DNA from: a virus | Direction: 5' to 3' (one strand) | IMG/VR virus record: IMGVR_UViG_3300031703_000599 | Coordinates: 1 to 64,000 of that record | Length of the DNA stretch: 64,000 nucleotides | In this document: in pieces, positions 29,144 to 38,341 of the stretch | Layout: every line of letters starts with the position of its first letter | Numbering within the stretch: position 1 is the stretch's first letter | The notes under the pieces: model-generated | Told to the model about the DNA's origin: nothing | Seen by the model: only the letters and a program-made list of their open reading frames with translations | The model's database searches: none | Translations under genes and position numbers: made by a program

Positions 29144-29809
29144 TTATTTCTCCGGTATCATACACGAAGCAATGTACACATCGCTTGTTTTGCTATGCAT
29201 GTATTTAGCCTTTGATTTGTTGAAGCCTTCTATATTTTTAAAACTAGTAGCGGGATCATATTTCGCCCATGCTATGTTCTTTGTCATTGCAAAGTCTACT
29301 ATTTTAGAATTTTCTTTAAATATTAGATCTCGCATAGTGTTGTAATCGGTGTATCCGGGCCTATAGTCAGGGTAGTGACTATCACTGAAGTCCATTACCT
29401 CGCTCCACCATGCGAAACTCTTTTGACTTTCGCGGTATGCTAGTACAATGTAGTCGCCTGGAAAATGATTATAGATGTAGTCTAAATTAAAGCTACGGGC
29501 AAAGAAGTGGCTCTTAATAACACGATGTCCTGTTCCACTGAATACAGTGTTAATATCATCTTGCAATTTGTGAGGGTACAAATAGTTAAAGTCTTTCCAG
29601 TCTTCCCCACACCCCATGCCAGGGCCCCAATATGAGCCCCTGTGTCCGTTGTTGTCGTCTTTAGGATTTACTGGTCGATGATAACATGTACGGTCAGGAG
29701 ATTCGTCAGTGGTATCAGCATCAATTAATTGCCTTAATTGAATATCTATACCACTCCACTTACTTCCTGGTACTCCGCAGAACCATATGTTTTTCTGTCT
29801 GTCTGCCAT
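29144..29809 (-). CDS. P-loop/sulfotransferase-like hypothetical protein
   Basis: GVPGSKWS, VIKSH, IVLAYR. Confidence 0.6.
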   Translation of the reverse strand: MADRQKNIWFCGVPGSKWSGIDIQLRQLIDADTTDESPDRTCYHRPVNPKDDNNGHRGSYWGPGMGCGEDWKDFNYLYPHKLQDDINTVFSGTGHRVIKSHFFARSFNLDYIYNHFPGDYIVLAYRESQKSFAWWSEVMDFSDSHYPDYRPGYTDYNTMRDLIFKENSKIVDFAMTKNIAWAKYDPATSFKNIEGFNKSKAKYMHSKTSDVYIASCMIPEK

Positions 29810-29824
29810 CTTCTTGCCCTTGCT

Positions 29825-30118
29825 TTACTCGACGCTAAAGTATTTTCCTAAGAATCCACTTACGCCTTTTAGTACATCGTCTTTTACTCGTTCATAATCT
29901 AGCTTAACTGCTATATCAACTACATCATCTTGCATGATATGCGACACAATGTCATTGCCAGATTTGTCAATAGACATTAAATCTTCTCTTGTCATTGTGA
30001 TCGTATTACCATCTAGTAACTTAATGATGATTTCAATAATATATTCAGCAGGAACATGATCAAGTGATACTTCATCAAAAATCAAATCAAACGATCGATC
30101 TTTACGTTCAATAGACAT
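29825..30118 (-). CDS. hypothetical phage protein
   Basis: 97-aa ORF. Confidence 0.7.
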   Translation of the reverse strand: MSIERKDRSFDLIFDEVSLDHVPAEYIIEIIIKLLDGNTITMTREDLMSIDKSGNDIVSHIMQDDVVDIAVKLDYERVKDDVLKGVSGFLGKYFSVE

Positions 30119-30134
30119 AACGATTTTTTCCTTT

Positions 30135-30743
30135 TTATTCAGACACTTCTGTTGCTGTTGCTTTAGAAGGGCGGCCGCGTTTTGGCTTTAATGAAGGATC
30201 CATGTCGTATGCTTCTGCACGTAGACGCTCTACTTCGGTAGCTAATCCATCTGCTTGACTGATCATACTTTTAGCAAGTGCTGCATCATCAAGTGGCTCT
30301 GATGTAGTAGAGCGAGATGCAATACTTGGATCCATTGCTGCTGGTTGCAATTGTGTGCCGTCTGGTACAACAACTGGTGCGCCGCCATTGTTTTCTGCAA
30401 TCAGCTTATTTAACTCGTCTAACGCAACTGAAACAGAGTTGTTAGGTGTCATTTTAATTGCTGATGTAGGAAGCTTCTGTAAACGTCGTGAGTTATGAAG
30501 TGTTTGTAACATGTTAGTACCATCCGTGAACACAGAACGTTGTGCAAACTCGTAAAAGTTTGTAGCTGCTTGTGCGCTAGGTGATTCAACTGCACTAATG
30601 ATATCATCGTGCATCCAATCTGGAAGTGCATCTGTATCAACTACTAAGCATGATGTTTGATCATCTGGTAGTTCGCGAAAAACAACAACAACACGTTTCT
30701 GTGTGTTGACAATTTGACCTACGTGTTTAATATTCCTAGACAT
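30135..30743 (-). CDS. conserved jumbo-phage hypothetical protein
   Basis: KHVG...VVVFR; basic KRGRP tail. Confidence 0.75.
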   Translation of the reverse strand: MSRNIKHVGQIVNTQKRVVVVFRELPDDQTSCLVVDTDALPDWMHDDIISAVESPSAQAATNFYEFAQRSVFTDGTNMLQTLHNSRRLQKLPTSAIKMTPNNSVSVALDELNKLIAENNGGAPVVVPDGTQLQPAAMDPSIASRSTTSEPLDDAALAKSMISQADGLATEVERLRAEAYDMDPSLKPKRGRPSKATATEVSE

Positions 30744-30745
30744 AT

Positions 30746-30952
30746 CTAGTCCTCCGTTGTAGTTTGAGCTTCACCATCTAGTTCTTCGTCTGGTGTGTTA
30801 GCTCGTACAAAAGCAACTAATTTAGTGAAACAATCACCTACTTGTGATGCTTCTGCTGCTTTAAATGCGCCACGTTGTGTGGCTAAATCGATGATATTAC
30901 ATGCCATTGTAATGTCAGCAATGTTGATGTTACTTGTATCTTCTGTAGTCAT
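30746..30952 (-). CDS. conserved phage hypothetical protein
   Basis: IIDLATQRGAFKAAE; RBS AGGAG; ATAAATA upstream at 30985-30991. Confidence 0.75.
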   Translation of the reverse strand: MTTEDTSNINIADITMACNIIDLATQRGAFKAAEASQVGDCFTKLVAFVRANTPDEELDGEAQTTTED

Positions 30953-30987
30953 TGTAGTTCTCCTATTAAATTAACTGCTATGTTTAT

Positions 30988-31269
30988 TTATGTCGATAGC
31001 TTCTGGACATATAGATTTTTCTCAAATTGTTCTAAATCATTTACTAATTCAAACCAAATTTGAAAAATGTTATGCGGATCGTGCTTCCTAATATGATAAA
31101 GACCTTTAAAATCCTGTGTTAAAGATTCCCAATTAGGATTAAATCCTTGATCCACATGCATCATTCTGCGGTTACGCATCATTTGCATTAAAATTGGATC
31201 ACCGCGCAATAGAAGAAGATCAGACTCTGCTAAACTTCCTCCATTTTGGATTAGTTTCACCTTACTCAT
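30988..31269 (-). CDS. hypothetical phage protein
   Basis: 93-aa ORF overlapping upstream stop. Confidence 0.7.
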   Translation of the reverse strand: MSKVKLIQNGGSLAESDLLLLRGDPILMQMMRNRRMMHVDQGFNPNWESLTQDFKGLYHIRKHDPHNIFQIWFELVNDLEQFEKNLYVQKLST

Positions 31270-32446
31270 AATGGATTGTTACTCCAAATGGTGATTGTAT
31301 CCTGTGTTGTGGATCACCATGTACTACGAACAGTGTGTCGCAGTAGTCCGGATTGCCCCAACTTCCCCAAGGTAAGCCGTCTGTGAACATAACCATTTGA
31401 TCTGGTTCCATTCCAACTTCTGCCATGTAGTTAAATACTACATCAAAGTCTGTGCCGCCGCCGCCTTGGAGTTCGTATTCGTTCATTGTGCGTCCATCAT
31501 CACTTGTGAATTCTTCTGCACCATATACGCCCGTGTCAAACTGTGCAATTAAAATGCGGTAGCTTTGATACTGGTCCATAATTCCTTGCACTTCGCTTAG
31601 AAAGTCACGTAGCATATCCATGCTAATACTTCCTGAAGTGTCTAAAAATACTGCAATGTTAAGTTCTTCGTCTTTGTTCATTCCAGGAAAGATAACTTGC
31701 CCTGACCGCTTACTTGGGCGCATAAATGTAAAGTCACTTTTAAGACTACTTTCAAGTTGTGTACGTAGTACATCTCTCCAGTCCATTTTAGGTGCAACTA
31801 AGTCATTAATCATTCTACGCACTGATTCTGGTACATCAGGTCCGCCACTTTGTGCTGCTTGTATAACGGCTTGCTTAACTTCGTCTGCTAGTGCTTTGCG
31901 CTCTTCTTCTGACATTGTGATAGTAATGCTTTGTTTGCCTTCACCGTCACCATCTGCATCAGCAGTGCCGTCACCTACTTCTAAGTGGATGTCCATGCCG
32001 CCATCTTGTCCTTCTCCATCCTCGATTAACTTATCGTAAATCTCATATGAATTTAGTCCACGATATTTCCAGTCTAAGCACATTGTTCCACCACCTAGCA
32101 TTTCGCTAGTAATAGGTTCACCAATTTGGTGTTCAACTAGTGTCATATTAATGTTGTAGTCTGCAGCTGCGTTATAAACATTTTTATCACGCTCGCCACG
32201 TGCGCCCATGTGATCAAACACTACGTGCAACACTTCGTGTCCCACTAGAAAGTCTACCATGGGATCAGTTAGTTTTTGTATAAATTCATCGTTGTAAAGG
32301 AATCTGCGTCCGTCGGTTGCAGCAGTTGGAAGATAATCACTTGCGTCTTCTAAGCGTAGACGTGTTGCTAATTGCCCAAAGAAAGGCTTTGTTAATAGCA
32401 GACGAACGCGGCTTTGTGTAATGCGCTCTATTGATGTCTTTTGCAT
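31262..32446 (-). CDS. metallopeptidase + VWA domain protein (DUF2201-like)
   Basis: TAATDG, HEVLH (HEXXH), DTSGS MIDAS, GGGGTDF, FTDG. Confidence 0.9.
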   Translation of the reverse strand: MQKTSIERITQSRVRLLLTKPFFGQLATRLRLEDASDYLPTAATDGRRFLYNDEFIQKLTDPMVDFLVGHEVLHVVFDHMGARGERDKNVYNAAADYNINMTLVEHQIGEPITSEMLGGGTMCLDWKYRGLNSYEIYDKLIEDGEGQDGGMDIHLEVGDGTADADGDGEGKQSITITMSEEERKALADEVKQAVIQAAQSGGPDVPESVRRMINDLVAPKMDWRDVLRTQLESSLKSDFTFMRPSKRSGQVIFPGMNKDEELNIAVFLDTSGSISMDMLRDFLSEVQGIMDQYQSYRILIAQFDTGVYGAEEFTSDDGRTMNEYELQGGGGTDFDVVFNYMAEVGMEPDQMVMFTDGLPWGSWGNPDYCDTLFVVHGDPQHRIQSPFGVTIHYE

Positions 32447-32487
32447 TCTTAACTCTCCGTTACATGTAAATGTTTAATGTATAATAT

Positions 32488-32515
32488 ATTATAGCATATA
32501 CAGTTATTTTGTCAA
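32488..32515 (-). promoter_or_regulatory. sigma70-type promoter
   Basis: TTGACA-N16-TATAAT. Confidence 0.7.
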
Positions 32516-32519
32516 CCAC

Positions 32520-32840
32520 TTAGTGCGCTAATTTAAACATCATTGCATCTTGTTCCAGTTCAAATGCATAGGCAATACCATAGTGATCGTGTGATCCTAC
32601 ACAATTCTCTTCGCACCATTCGTATGACCTATCCCATTCTGCTCCTGCTAGCATAACAACATGCCAACCAAGTGACTCGTATTTGAGAATTAATTTATTG
32701 CGTTCTTCGATTAAGATTGCCGTGTGGGACATTGTGTCACGCATTAACGTAGACTTACCAGACTGGCGTGGTGTTGAGATTATACTCAGCCTGCCTTTTT
32801 TGTTAAGTGTGTTGAACAATTTACGCTGGTAAGCTTCCAT
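32520..32840 (-). CDS. small phage protein, WC...DAMMFKL family
   Basis: paralogous C-terminus with 32843-33199 and 44710-44949. Confidence 0.7.
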   Translation of the reverse strand: MEAYQRKLFNTLNKKGRLSIISTPRQSGKSTLMRDTMSHTAILIEERNKLILKYESLGWHVVMLAGAEWDRSYEWCEENCVGSHDHYGIAYAFELEQDAMMFKLAH

Positions 32841-32842
32841 TG

Positions 32843-33199
32843 CTAGTTTATCCCATTAAATGAAAGTTTAAATATCATTGCGTCTGGTGCATTTTTAAAA
32901 TGTACTTGGTGTCCATCATCTGGGTTGCCATGTTTATTAATAAAAAAGTCTTGGTGAAAGAGGTGTGTTTTACACCAATGCATTGCACGGCCGTAACCGC
33001 CTCGTATATCTACTTGAGTAGATGTGTCTTTCCATTTCTGTTTGTAGTCCATTAGCATTAAAGGAGTATAGTCTTTAAATGCTAAACCGTACAGTCTGAT
33101 ATTGATTCGTTCCCTAGGCGAGTAAAGGGAGAGATCAATTGTCTCTCCCTCCTGCAACTTAGGGGTTAAGTAAGTAGTTGGCAAGCTCATGTTATGCAT
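32843..33199 (-). CDS. small phage protein, WC...DAMIFKL family
   Basis: shared C-terminal motif; start uncertain. Confidence 0.65.
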   Translation of the reverse strand: MHNMSLPTTYLTPKLQEGETIDLSLYSPRERINIRLYGLAFKDYTPLMLMDYKQKWKDTSTQVDIRGGYGRAMHWCKTHLFHQDFFINKHGNPDDGHQVHFKNAPDAMIFKLSFNGIN

Positions 33200-34304
33200 C
33201 CAATACTAAACGACCGTAACGTCCAAAGTATTCCTCGAAGCGTTCAATCTTAGCCTGATTAGGCATTAACTTGTACTGTTGCATTGCAATACGCGATGCC
33301 ATAATAACCATCTCAGTCTCAAAGTTATCCATCATAAAGCCAATCATGTTGCTATAGCTCTTGTGGTACAGATCCATTTTGCCTGCTTTCTCGCCGTTAA
33401 TGCTGCGATCACGTAGCTCATAACACAAACTGGTAGCAAGCGCATACTTTGCGCTAATTTCAGTTGACTGCATAGTTGTTACTTTGCCGTCTAGTACTTC
33501 TACTGGATCAGGTAAATCACCTGCAATCTTTTTGTGCGCCATAAACTTAACAGCAATGCCTTCGCCTACACATCCTGCAACTAAATCTGTTTGCAAGCTT
33601 TCTGCAAGATCATCTGCATCTTCGATAAGTTCTGAAGTAAAGCTCCATGCTCGTGGTGTAGCAAATCCACGTGAACTTGACTGTGGATCAAAGTTGTATA
33701 AATCACCTTTTGCAAAGCTCAAGTAACCTACAATGTCCGCTGATACGTTGTTGTTAACTGCCCAGTTTAACCAGTCTTGAAAATCTACACGTAGTTCAAA
33801 GTGAACAAAACGGTTCTCAAGTGGTTTAGGCATACGGTACGTAACACCCTTGTCTGTCTCACGGTTGCCAGCAGCAATCATTACGACATTGTCTGGTAAT
33901 ACATATTGTCCAATGCGTCGATTAAGAATCAACTGATAACCCGCTGCTTGCACACTTGGTGCTGCTGAGTTCATCTCATCAAGGAATACAATAACTGTAT
34001 CATACTGTGCTGCCAGTTCCTTGCTTGGCAAGTCTGCTGGTGGAAGCCATTGCATAACACCAGTTTCCAAATTAGGAACTGGATATCCACGCAAGTCAGT
34101 AGGTTCAAACAATGCTAATCGCATGTCAATTACAAGGGTGTTACCCATTACACCGCTATCTCCAATTTCTTGAACTAGCTCTGATTTACCAATACCTGGA
34201 GGTCCCCAAAGAAATACAGGGCGCTTCTTTTTAAATGCACGTGTAATAAGTACGGTTGCTTCGCTTATTTTAACTGTGCGCGTATCTGTCATTGATGCTG
34301 CCAT
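33192..34304 (-). CDS. MoxR-like AAA+ ATPase
   Basis: GPPGIGKS Walker A, FLDEMN Walker B, AAGN, LENRF. Confidence 0.9.
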   Translation of the reverse strand: MAASMTDTRTVKISEATVLITRAFKKKRPVFLWGPPGIGKSELVQEIGDSGVMGNTLVIDMRLALFEPTDLRGYPVPNLETGVMQWLPPADLPSKELAAQYDTVIVFLDEMNSAAPSVQAAGYQLILNRRIGQYVLPDNVVMIAAGNRETDKGVTYRMPKPLENRFVHFELRVDFQDWLNWAVNNNVSADIVGYLSFAKGDLYNFDPQSSSRGFATPRAWSFTSELIEDADDLAESLQTDLVAGCVGEGIAVKFMAHKKIAGDLPDPVEVLDGKVTTMQSTEISAKYALATSLCYELRDRSINGEKAGKMDLYHKSYSNMIGFMMDNFETEMVIMASRIAMQQYKLMPNQAKIERFEEYFGRYGRLVLDA

Positions 34305-34341
34305 GTTACTTCTCCGGACTGTTTATTTGTTTACTATAAGT

Positions 34342-34370
34342 ATAATACGATATTTTAGTTGAAATGTCAA
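34342..34370 (-). promoter_or_regulatory. sigma70-type promoter
   Basis: TTGACA-N17-TATTAT. Confidence 0.7.
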
Positions 34371-34373
34371 GCA

Positions 34374-34517
34374 TTATTTACCAAAATACTGCATATATGC
34401 CCACCATGTATATTGCTGGCTATCTTCAATGCCAAATATCCAAAGTGTGTCAAAGAAACCTAATGCGAATGTAAATAAAAATGCAAATGCGATATAATCC
34501 AAAACTAATGTTTTCAT
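34374..34517 (-). CDS. small membrane peptide (not in ORF track)
   Basis: MKTLVLDYIAFAFLFTFALGFFD...; RBS and promoter upstream. Confidence 0.6.
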   Translation of the reverse strand: MKTLVLDYIAFAFLFTFALGFFDTLWIFGIEDSQQYTWWAYMQYFGK

Positions 34518-34550
34518 ACTACCTTCCTTCTTTTGTTTAACTATACTACT

Positions 34551-34579
34551 ATAATACAGTAAGAAGTCTTGGCTGTCAA
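34551..34579 (-). promoter_or_regulatory. sigma70-type promoter related to the 67-bp cassettes
   Basis: AAAAGGTTGACAGCCAAGACTTCTTACTGTATTATAGTAGTATAG. Confidence 0.8.
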
Positions 34580-34583
34580 CCTT

Positions 34584-35318
34584 TTATTTTAGTCTACTGT
34601 TTTCATTGTTTATTAGTCTCCAAAATAAGTTGCTGATATTACTGTGTCCTTCTGGACCAGGATGATCGTTATCGAGTGCAAAAGGAAAAGCTCCATAAAA
34701 TTTGGACTGAGCAACGTCTACTATATTAATGTCATCTGTGTTAAGAAAAGCAGGAGTCCAATCATTGGGACGAGCGCCTGCAACTTCTCTGTACGATGGA
34801 CTTAATGAAAACCCAGATAACATATGGTAGCTGTTAACTCCGGCTGCCTTGCAAGCTAAATGTGCATAATGTATTCTAGTCCAGTTAGATACGTACATGT
34901 CATGTGGTTCTGCAATGGAATCATTATATATTTTTTCTAATTTAAGATTCTTGCCGTTGCTATTTTTAGTTCTGCCCTTTGATACATCATATGTTTTTTC
35001 AAACTCTTCACGTATCACACAATGGCGATCAAAGAACGACCATAAAAAAACTACAGTATCATTTGGTTTTATGTCAGGAAGTACATGCTGGAAACGCCAT
35101 AATATTTCTTTATTACTTGCGCCCGCTGTGCCGAAATTATAACAAGATTGATTAAGTTTATCAGCTAGAAGCGAAGGCCATGCTAGCTTGCTTGCTCCGC
35201 TTGTGTATGGATTGTAAGTAGGCACTACATAATGCGCTTCGTTAGTTGGGTCCCATACATCAGCTAGGCCGTACCCATATGTTTGACTGTCGCCAAATGC
35301 ATATAGATTACCTAAAAT
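34584..35318 (-). CDS. SGNH hydrolase-like protein, probable non-canonical start
   Basis: frame open to 35324, with LYAFGDSQTYG upstream of the first GTG; NFGTAGASN; DHPGPEGH. Confidence 0.7.
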   Translation of the reverse strand: MLGNLYAFGDSQTYGYGLADVWDPTNEAHYVVPTYNPYTSGASKLAWPSLLADKLNQSCYNFGTAGASNKEILWRFQHVLPDIKPNDTVVFLWSFFDRHCVIREEFEKTYDVSKGRTKNSNGKNLKLEKIYNDSIAEPHDMYVSNWTRIHYAHLACKAAGVNSYHMLSGFSLSPSYREVAGARPNDWTPAFLNTDDINIVDVAQSKFYGAFPFALDNDHPGPEGHSNISNLFWRLINNENSRLK

Positions 35319-35461
35319 GATAATTTATCCAATTCTCCACGGCGACTTAATTCATCTTCAATTGCTAATTCGTCACCTGGGTATGCGTTTGCGAGAATTG
35401 CATTCCACATATCAACTAATACTGATGTTTTTATTTCCACTAAAGGCTTTAATTCTGTCAT
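35312..35461 (-). CDS. hypothetical 49-aa protein (not in ORF track)
   Basis: MTELKPLVEIK...; RBS GGAG; promoter TTGACA-N17-TATTAT at 35495-35523. Confidence 0.6.
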   Translation of the reverse strand: MTELKPLVEIKTSVLVDMWNAILANAYPGDELAIEDELSRRGELDKLSF

Positions 35462-35689
35462 TTTGCACTCCGATTGTTTAACGTACTAGTATTAATAATA
35501 CAGTGAAACACGCAATCTGTCAAGTTATAAATTAAAAAAGATCTAGTGCAGATTTTGCGTTAACACGATCCTCAAACGCTTGGCTAGTAGACCCATTTTT
35601 TTGACAAGAGTCACATAGTTCTAGCGCATAGCCAGGTTCTTCGTCACTTGCAAACAGTTTATTGCATTGTTCACATTCATATACATAAC

Positions 35690-35893
35690 TCATTTTGCTT
35701 TACTCTTATTAGTTGCGGCTTTGCCATTTGCATCATTGATTAATATCTGTTCCTTAGAAACAAACTCACGGTCGCATCTTGCGCACACCGAATATTCCAT
35801 TGGTACGTGTAATATAGTACCTTTATAATCTATATCAGTTACTTCGCTAAATTGTACGATGTTGTGAGACTTACAATATTTACATATAGCCAT
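35690..35893 (-). CDS. YgiT/MqsA-type zinc-finger protein without HTH
   Basis: CKYC...YKG...CARC..EF. Confidence 0.7.
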   Translation of the reverse strand: MAICKYCKSHNIVQFSEVTDIDYKGTILHVPMEYSVCARCDREFVSKEQILINDANGKAATNKSKAK

Positions 35894-35894
35894 A

Positions 35895-36140
35895 TTAAAT
35901 ATCCTGTACTAATGTATTGTAACATTCAACACATACAGTTATCTCAACTATATTACCATACATATCTTCATTGTAAGGACAATTAACTGTCTCAACTGTA
36001 GCATCAATGGCGCTGCAATCTTCACAAGTTAAATGTGTTGCAGGTTTACTAAATGCAAGATCCCAATTGCTACTCACTTTTTCAGTGCTCACTAGCGCCT
36101 TGCGGCGTTGATCACCTTTACCACCATGCCATTGACTCAT
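35895..36140 (-). CDS. hypothetical Cys-containing phage protein
   Basis: WHGGKG N-terminus; CxxC, CPY, CxxC. Confidence 0.65.
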   Translation of the reverse strand: MSQWHGGKGDQRRKALVSTEKVSSNWDLAFSKPATHLTCEDCSAIDATVETVNCPYNEDMYGNIVEITVCVECYNTLVQDI

Positions 36141-36419
36141 TAAATTTCCTTACTTGGTTTTACTATCTTAACACAATCATATGCGTGTGCTACTGCATCC
36201 ATTGTTTCTGTTGCTCCAATAGCATATCCAACAGCGAATGTAATCGCTATTAGTGCTGACACTGTTACTACTATACTAAATCCACTCATAATGTGCTACT
36301 CTCGTATACGCATATTGCAACCATTGCAAGTGTGGCGTAAATTACTAATATTGCCCAAAGGTACCTATCAAACATTATATTCTCCCAACATAGTCACTAC
36401 TTCAGTTGTGCCTTGTTTC

Positions 36420-37193
36420 TTATTTAGTGCTATTTATAATATTTGGTTCTACTTCAAAATATTTGTTCACTTCAAATTCATCGTTTAAATCATCTGGCGC
36501 ATAACCTCTTGGATTACACAACACTCGTGTTTGATCAACAACATAATCGCTACTGTTATGCATGTGACCATGAACCCAGAATGATGGCTTAAATGTCATC
36601 ATAAACGCGGTTCTATCGCTGTAATATGACGCATTCAATAGTTGCCCTTTGAAACATTCATGACTTGAATTCTCATGTGGCGCATGGTGAGTAATAACTA
36701 CATCACCTTCTTTCACATTGTTATTCATATATGCCATTGTTCTCATATGCTCGTATGCGGCATCAGTAGGTCTAAATTTACGAAAATCTGGACCCATACG
36801 GATATACTTGTGGTCACTCATCTTCTGGCTAGCATCCCACATTGCTAATGGTTGATTACCAGATGATTGATAATCAGTCCACAATGTAGCGCCGTGAAAC
36901 ACAACACCTTTGATCTTGCGCCACTCGTTCTGTAACACATGGACATTCTCATACACATCTTCTTTAATATGTTTTAATGTGTTTTCAATATGCCCACGAT
37001 AGAATTCATGGTTGCCTTGAATCAATATAACATCTTCATACCGCAATGCCATTTCGTTGACCCAATCAATTCGGTGCTTCACGTTAATGTCGCCAGCAAG
37101 AATCAATACATCTGCTTCAACAGTTGGTTCTTCAGTCATACGACCAAACTCCAAGTGTAGGTCAGACATGTATAGACACTTTACTTTGCTCAT
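36420..37193 (-). CDS. calcineurin-like metallophosphoesterase
   Basis: SDLHLE, LAGDI, GNHE, THHAP, HGHMH. Confidence 0.92.
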   Translation of the reverse strand: MSKVKCLYMSDLHLEFGRMTEEPTVEADVLILAGDINVKHRIDWVNEMALRYEDVILIQGNHEFYRGHIENTLKHIKEDVYENVHVLQNEWRKIKGVVFHGATLWTDYQSSGNQPLAMWDASQKMSDHKYIRMGPDFRKFRPTDAAYEHMRTMAYMNNNVKEGDVVITHHAPHENSSHECFKGQLLNASYYSDRTAFMMTFKPSFWVHGHMHNSSDYVVDQTRVLCNPRGYAPDDLNDEFEVNKYFEVEPNIINSTK

Positions 37194-37226
37194 TTAATTC
37201 TCTTCTATATATTAATCTATACCTAT

Positions 37227-37255
37227 ATTATATCACAAATATAGACATTTGTACA
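37227..37255 (-). promoter_or_regulatory. sigma70-type promoter (variant -35)
   Basis: AAAGG-TGTACA-N17-TATAAT. Confidence 0.65.
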
Positions 37256-37261
37256 CCTTTA

Positions 37262-37657
37262 TTAATCTTTTATTACAATTAATTGAGGGCACATCTTATC
37301 TTTCATAGAACTTAATTTAACACTAAGAATAGACGGACTCTTTGATTCTTTCTCAACTTTAATCATCTTAGCAGACTCTTTGCGACCTGGCATACCATTA
37401 CGCAACACATCATTAACGATCAGTGCGAATGGTATTAATAATATCATCTGTGGTTCATTTGCCATAACGACTACAACTGAGAGCGGCAATACAATTACTG
37501 CGGACAATACACACGCGGTGAAAATTGTTATAATCATCGCAGATAGTGTGAAATAACGCCAGTAGGTACAAAAGTCTCTCTCAAACTGACTGTGACTGAA
37601 CCATTGATTTATAAAACGATAATGCCATGCTGATTCACTTACTTCATATGTGTTCAT
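37262..37657 (-). CDS. membrane protein
   Basis: SAWHYR...FCTYWR followed by a hydrophobic segment. Confidence 0.7.
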   Translation of the reverse strand: MNTYEVSESAWHYRFINQWFSHSQFERDFCTYWRYFTLSAMIITIFTACVLSAVIVLPLSVVVVMANEPQMILLIPFALIVNDVLRNGMPGRKESAKMIKVEKESKSPSILSVKLSSMKDKMCPQLIVIKD

Positions 37658-37896
37658 TTGTCTGCTCCCAGTGTAGTATATGTACTAGTGACAACAAATT
37701 GTTTTGCATTGTATTCATCTAGTGCTTCTTGGTATGTATCATACACCCCTGTGAGATCAGCATCAACGTTATCTGGATTATACCACCATAATACACCAAA
37801 CAGGCGCTTCTGTAGTACGTGCTTAGATTGTTTAACACCATATGAATTCACACCATATGTAACACTTTTAATACGCCAGTTAGTCAAACAGATCAC
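37654..37896 (-). CDS. hypothetical phage protein
   Basis: overlapping operon packing. Confidence 0.6.
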   Translation of the reverse strand: MICLTNWRIKSVTYGVNSYGVKQSKHVLQKRLFGVLWWYNPDNVDADLTGVYDTYQEALDEYNAKQFVVTSTYTTLGADK

Positions 37897-38107
37897 CTAA
37901 ATCCTTGCTGTCTTTGCTAAGTGCAATAGATGCGCCTGTAATCATTCCGTCTAATAGAGTTGTTGTTACAATAACAGCGAGTGCAACTAATAACCCTGTT
38001 GCCTGTAATATTGTATAACCACCTGTAGCAGAAACAACGACTACAATTGCCATTGTCCCAACGCTTGTTATTGCAGTCAATATACGTGTTATAGTTTTGT
38101 TTTGCAT
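37880..38107 (-). CDS. small two-helix membrane protein
   Basis: hydrophobic; RBS GAGG. Confidence 0.65.
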   Translation of the reverse strand: MQNKTITRILTAITSVGTMAIVVVVSATGGYTILQATGLLVALAVIVTTTLLDGMITGASIALSKDSKDLGDLFD

Positions 38108-38125
38108 ATCAGTTCCTCTTGTTAA

Positions 38126-38341
38126 TTACTTGTTGTACTGCAATTTAGCAAATTGCAGCAAGGCCGTTAGCTCATCTATTTTTTCTTGTTGTTCATTAAC
38201 GTCAAATTTTAGTTCTTCAATTAATGCAAAGTGATCATCAAATTTGACCCATTCGCCATTACGGCGAGATTCCAAGCTCGCGCCGCTTCCGCTTTTACTG
38301 CGATATACAACCATGTCCCATCGTTCTATGTCATTGCTCAT
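38126..38341 (-). CDS. hypothetical phage protein
   Basis: GEWVKFDD motif plus coiled coil. Confidence 0.65.
   Translation of the reverse strand: MSNDIERWDMVVYRSKSGSGASLESRRNGEWVKFDDHFALIEELKFDVNEQQEKIDELTALLQFAKLQYNK

Noticed and set aside
3766-29809. Classical RiPP cluster with a precursor peptide
   Set aside because: No short leader/core ORF, RRE protein, peptidase or transporter was found inside the cluster. The only sizeable gap (22386-22565) is a divergent promoter region.
32520-32840. PRQSGKS as a terminase/ATPase Walker A gene
   Set aside because: The ORF is only 106 aa with no Walker B; it is at best a captured fragment on a DAMMFKL-family protein.
33112-33165. Hairpin AGGGAGAGA/TCTCTCCCT as an intrinsic terminator after the AAA gene
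   Set aside because: It lies inside the next ORF and has only a 3-U tail; a weak attenuator is possible but not supportable.
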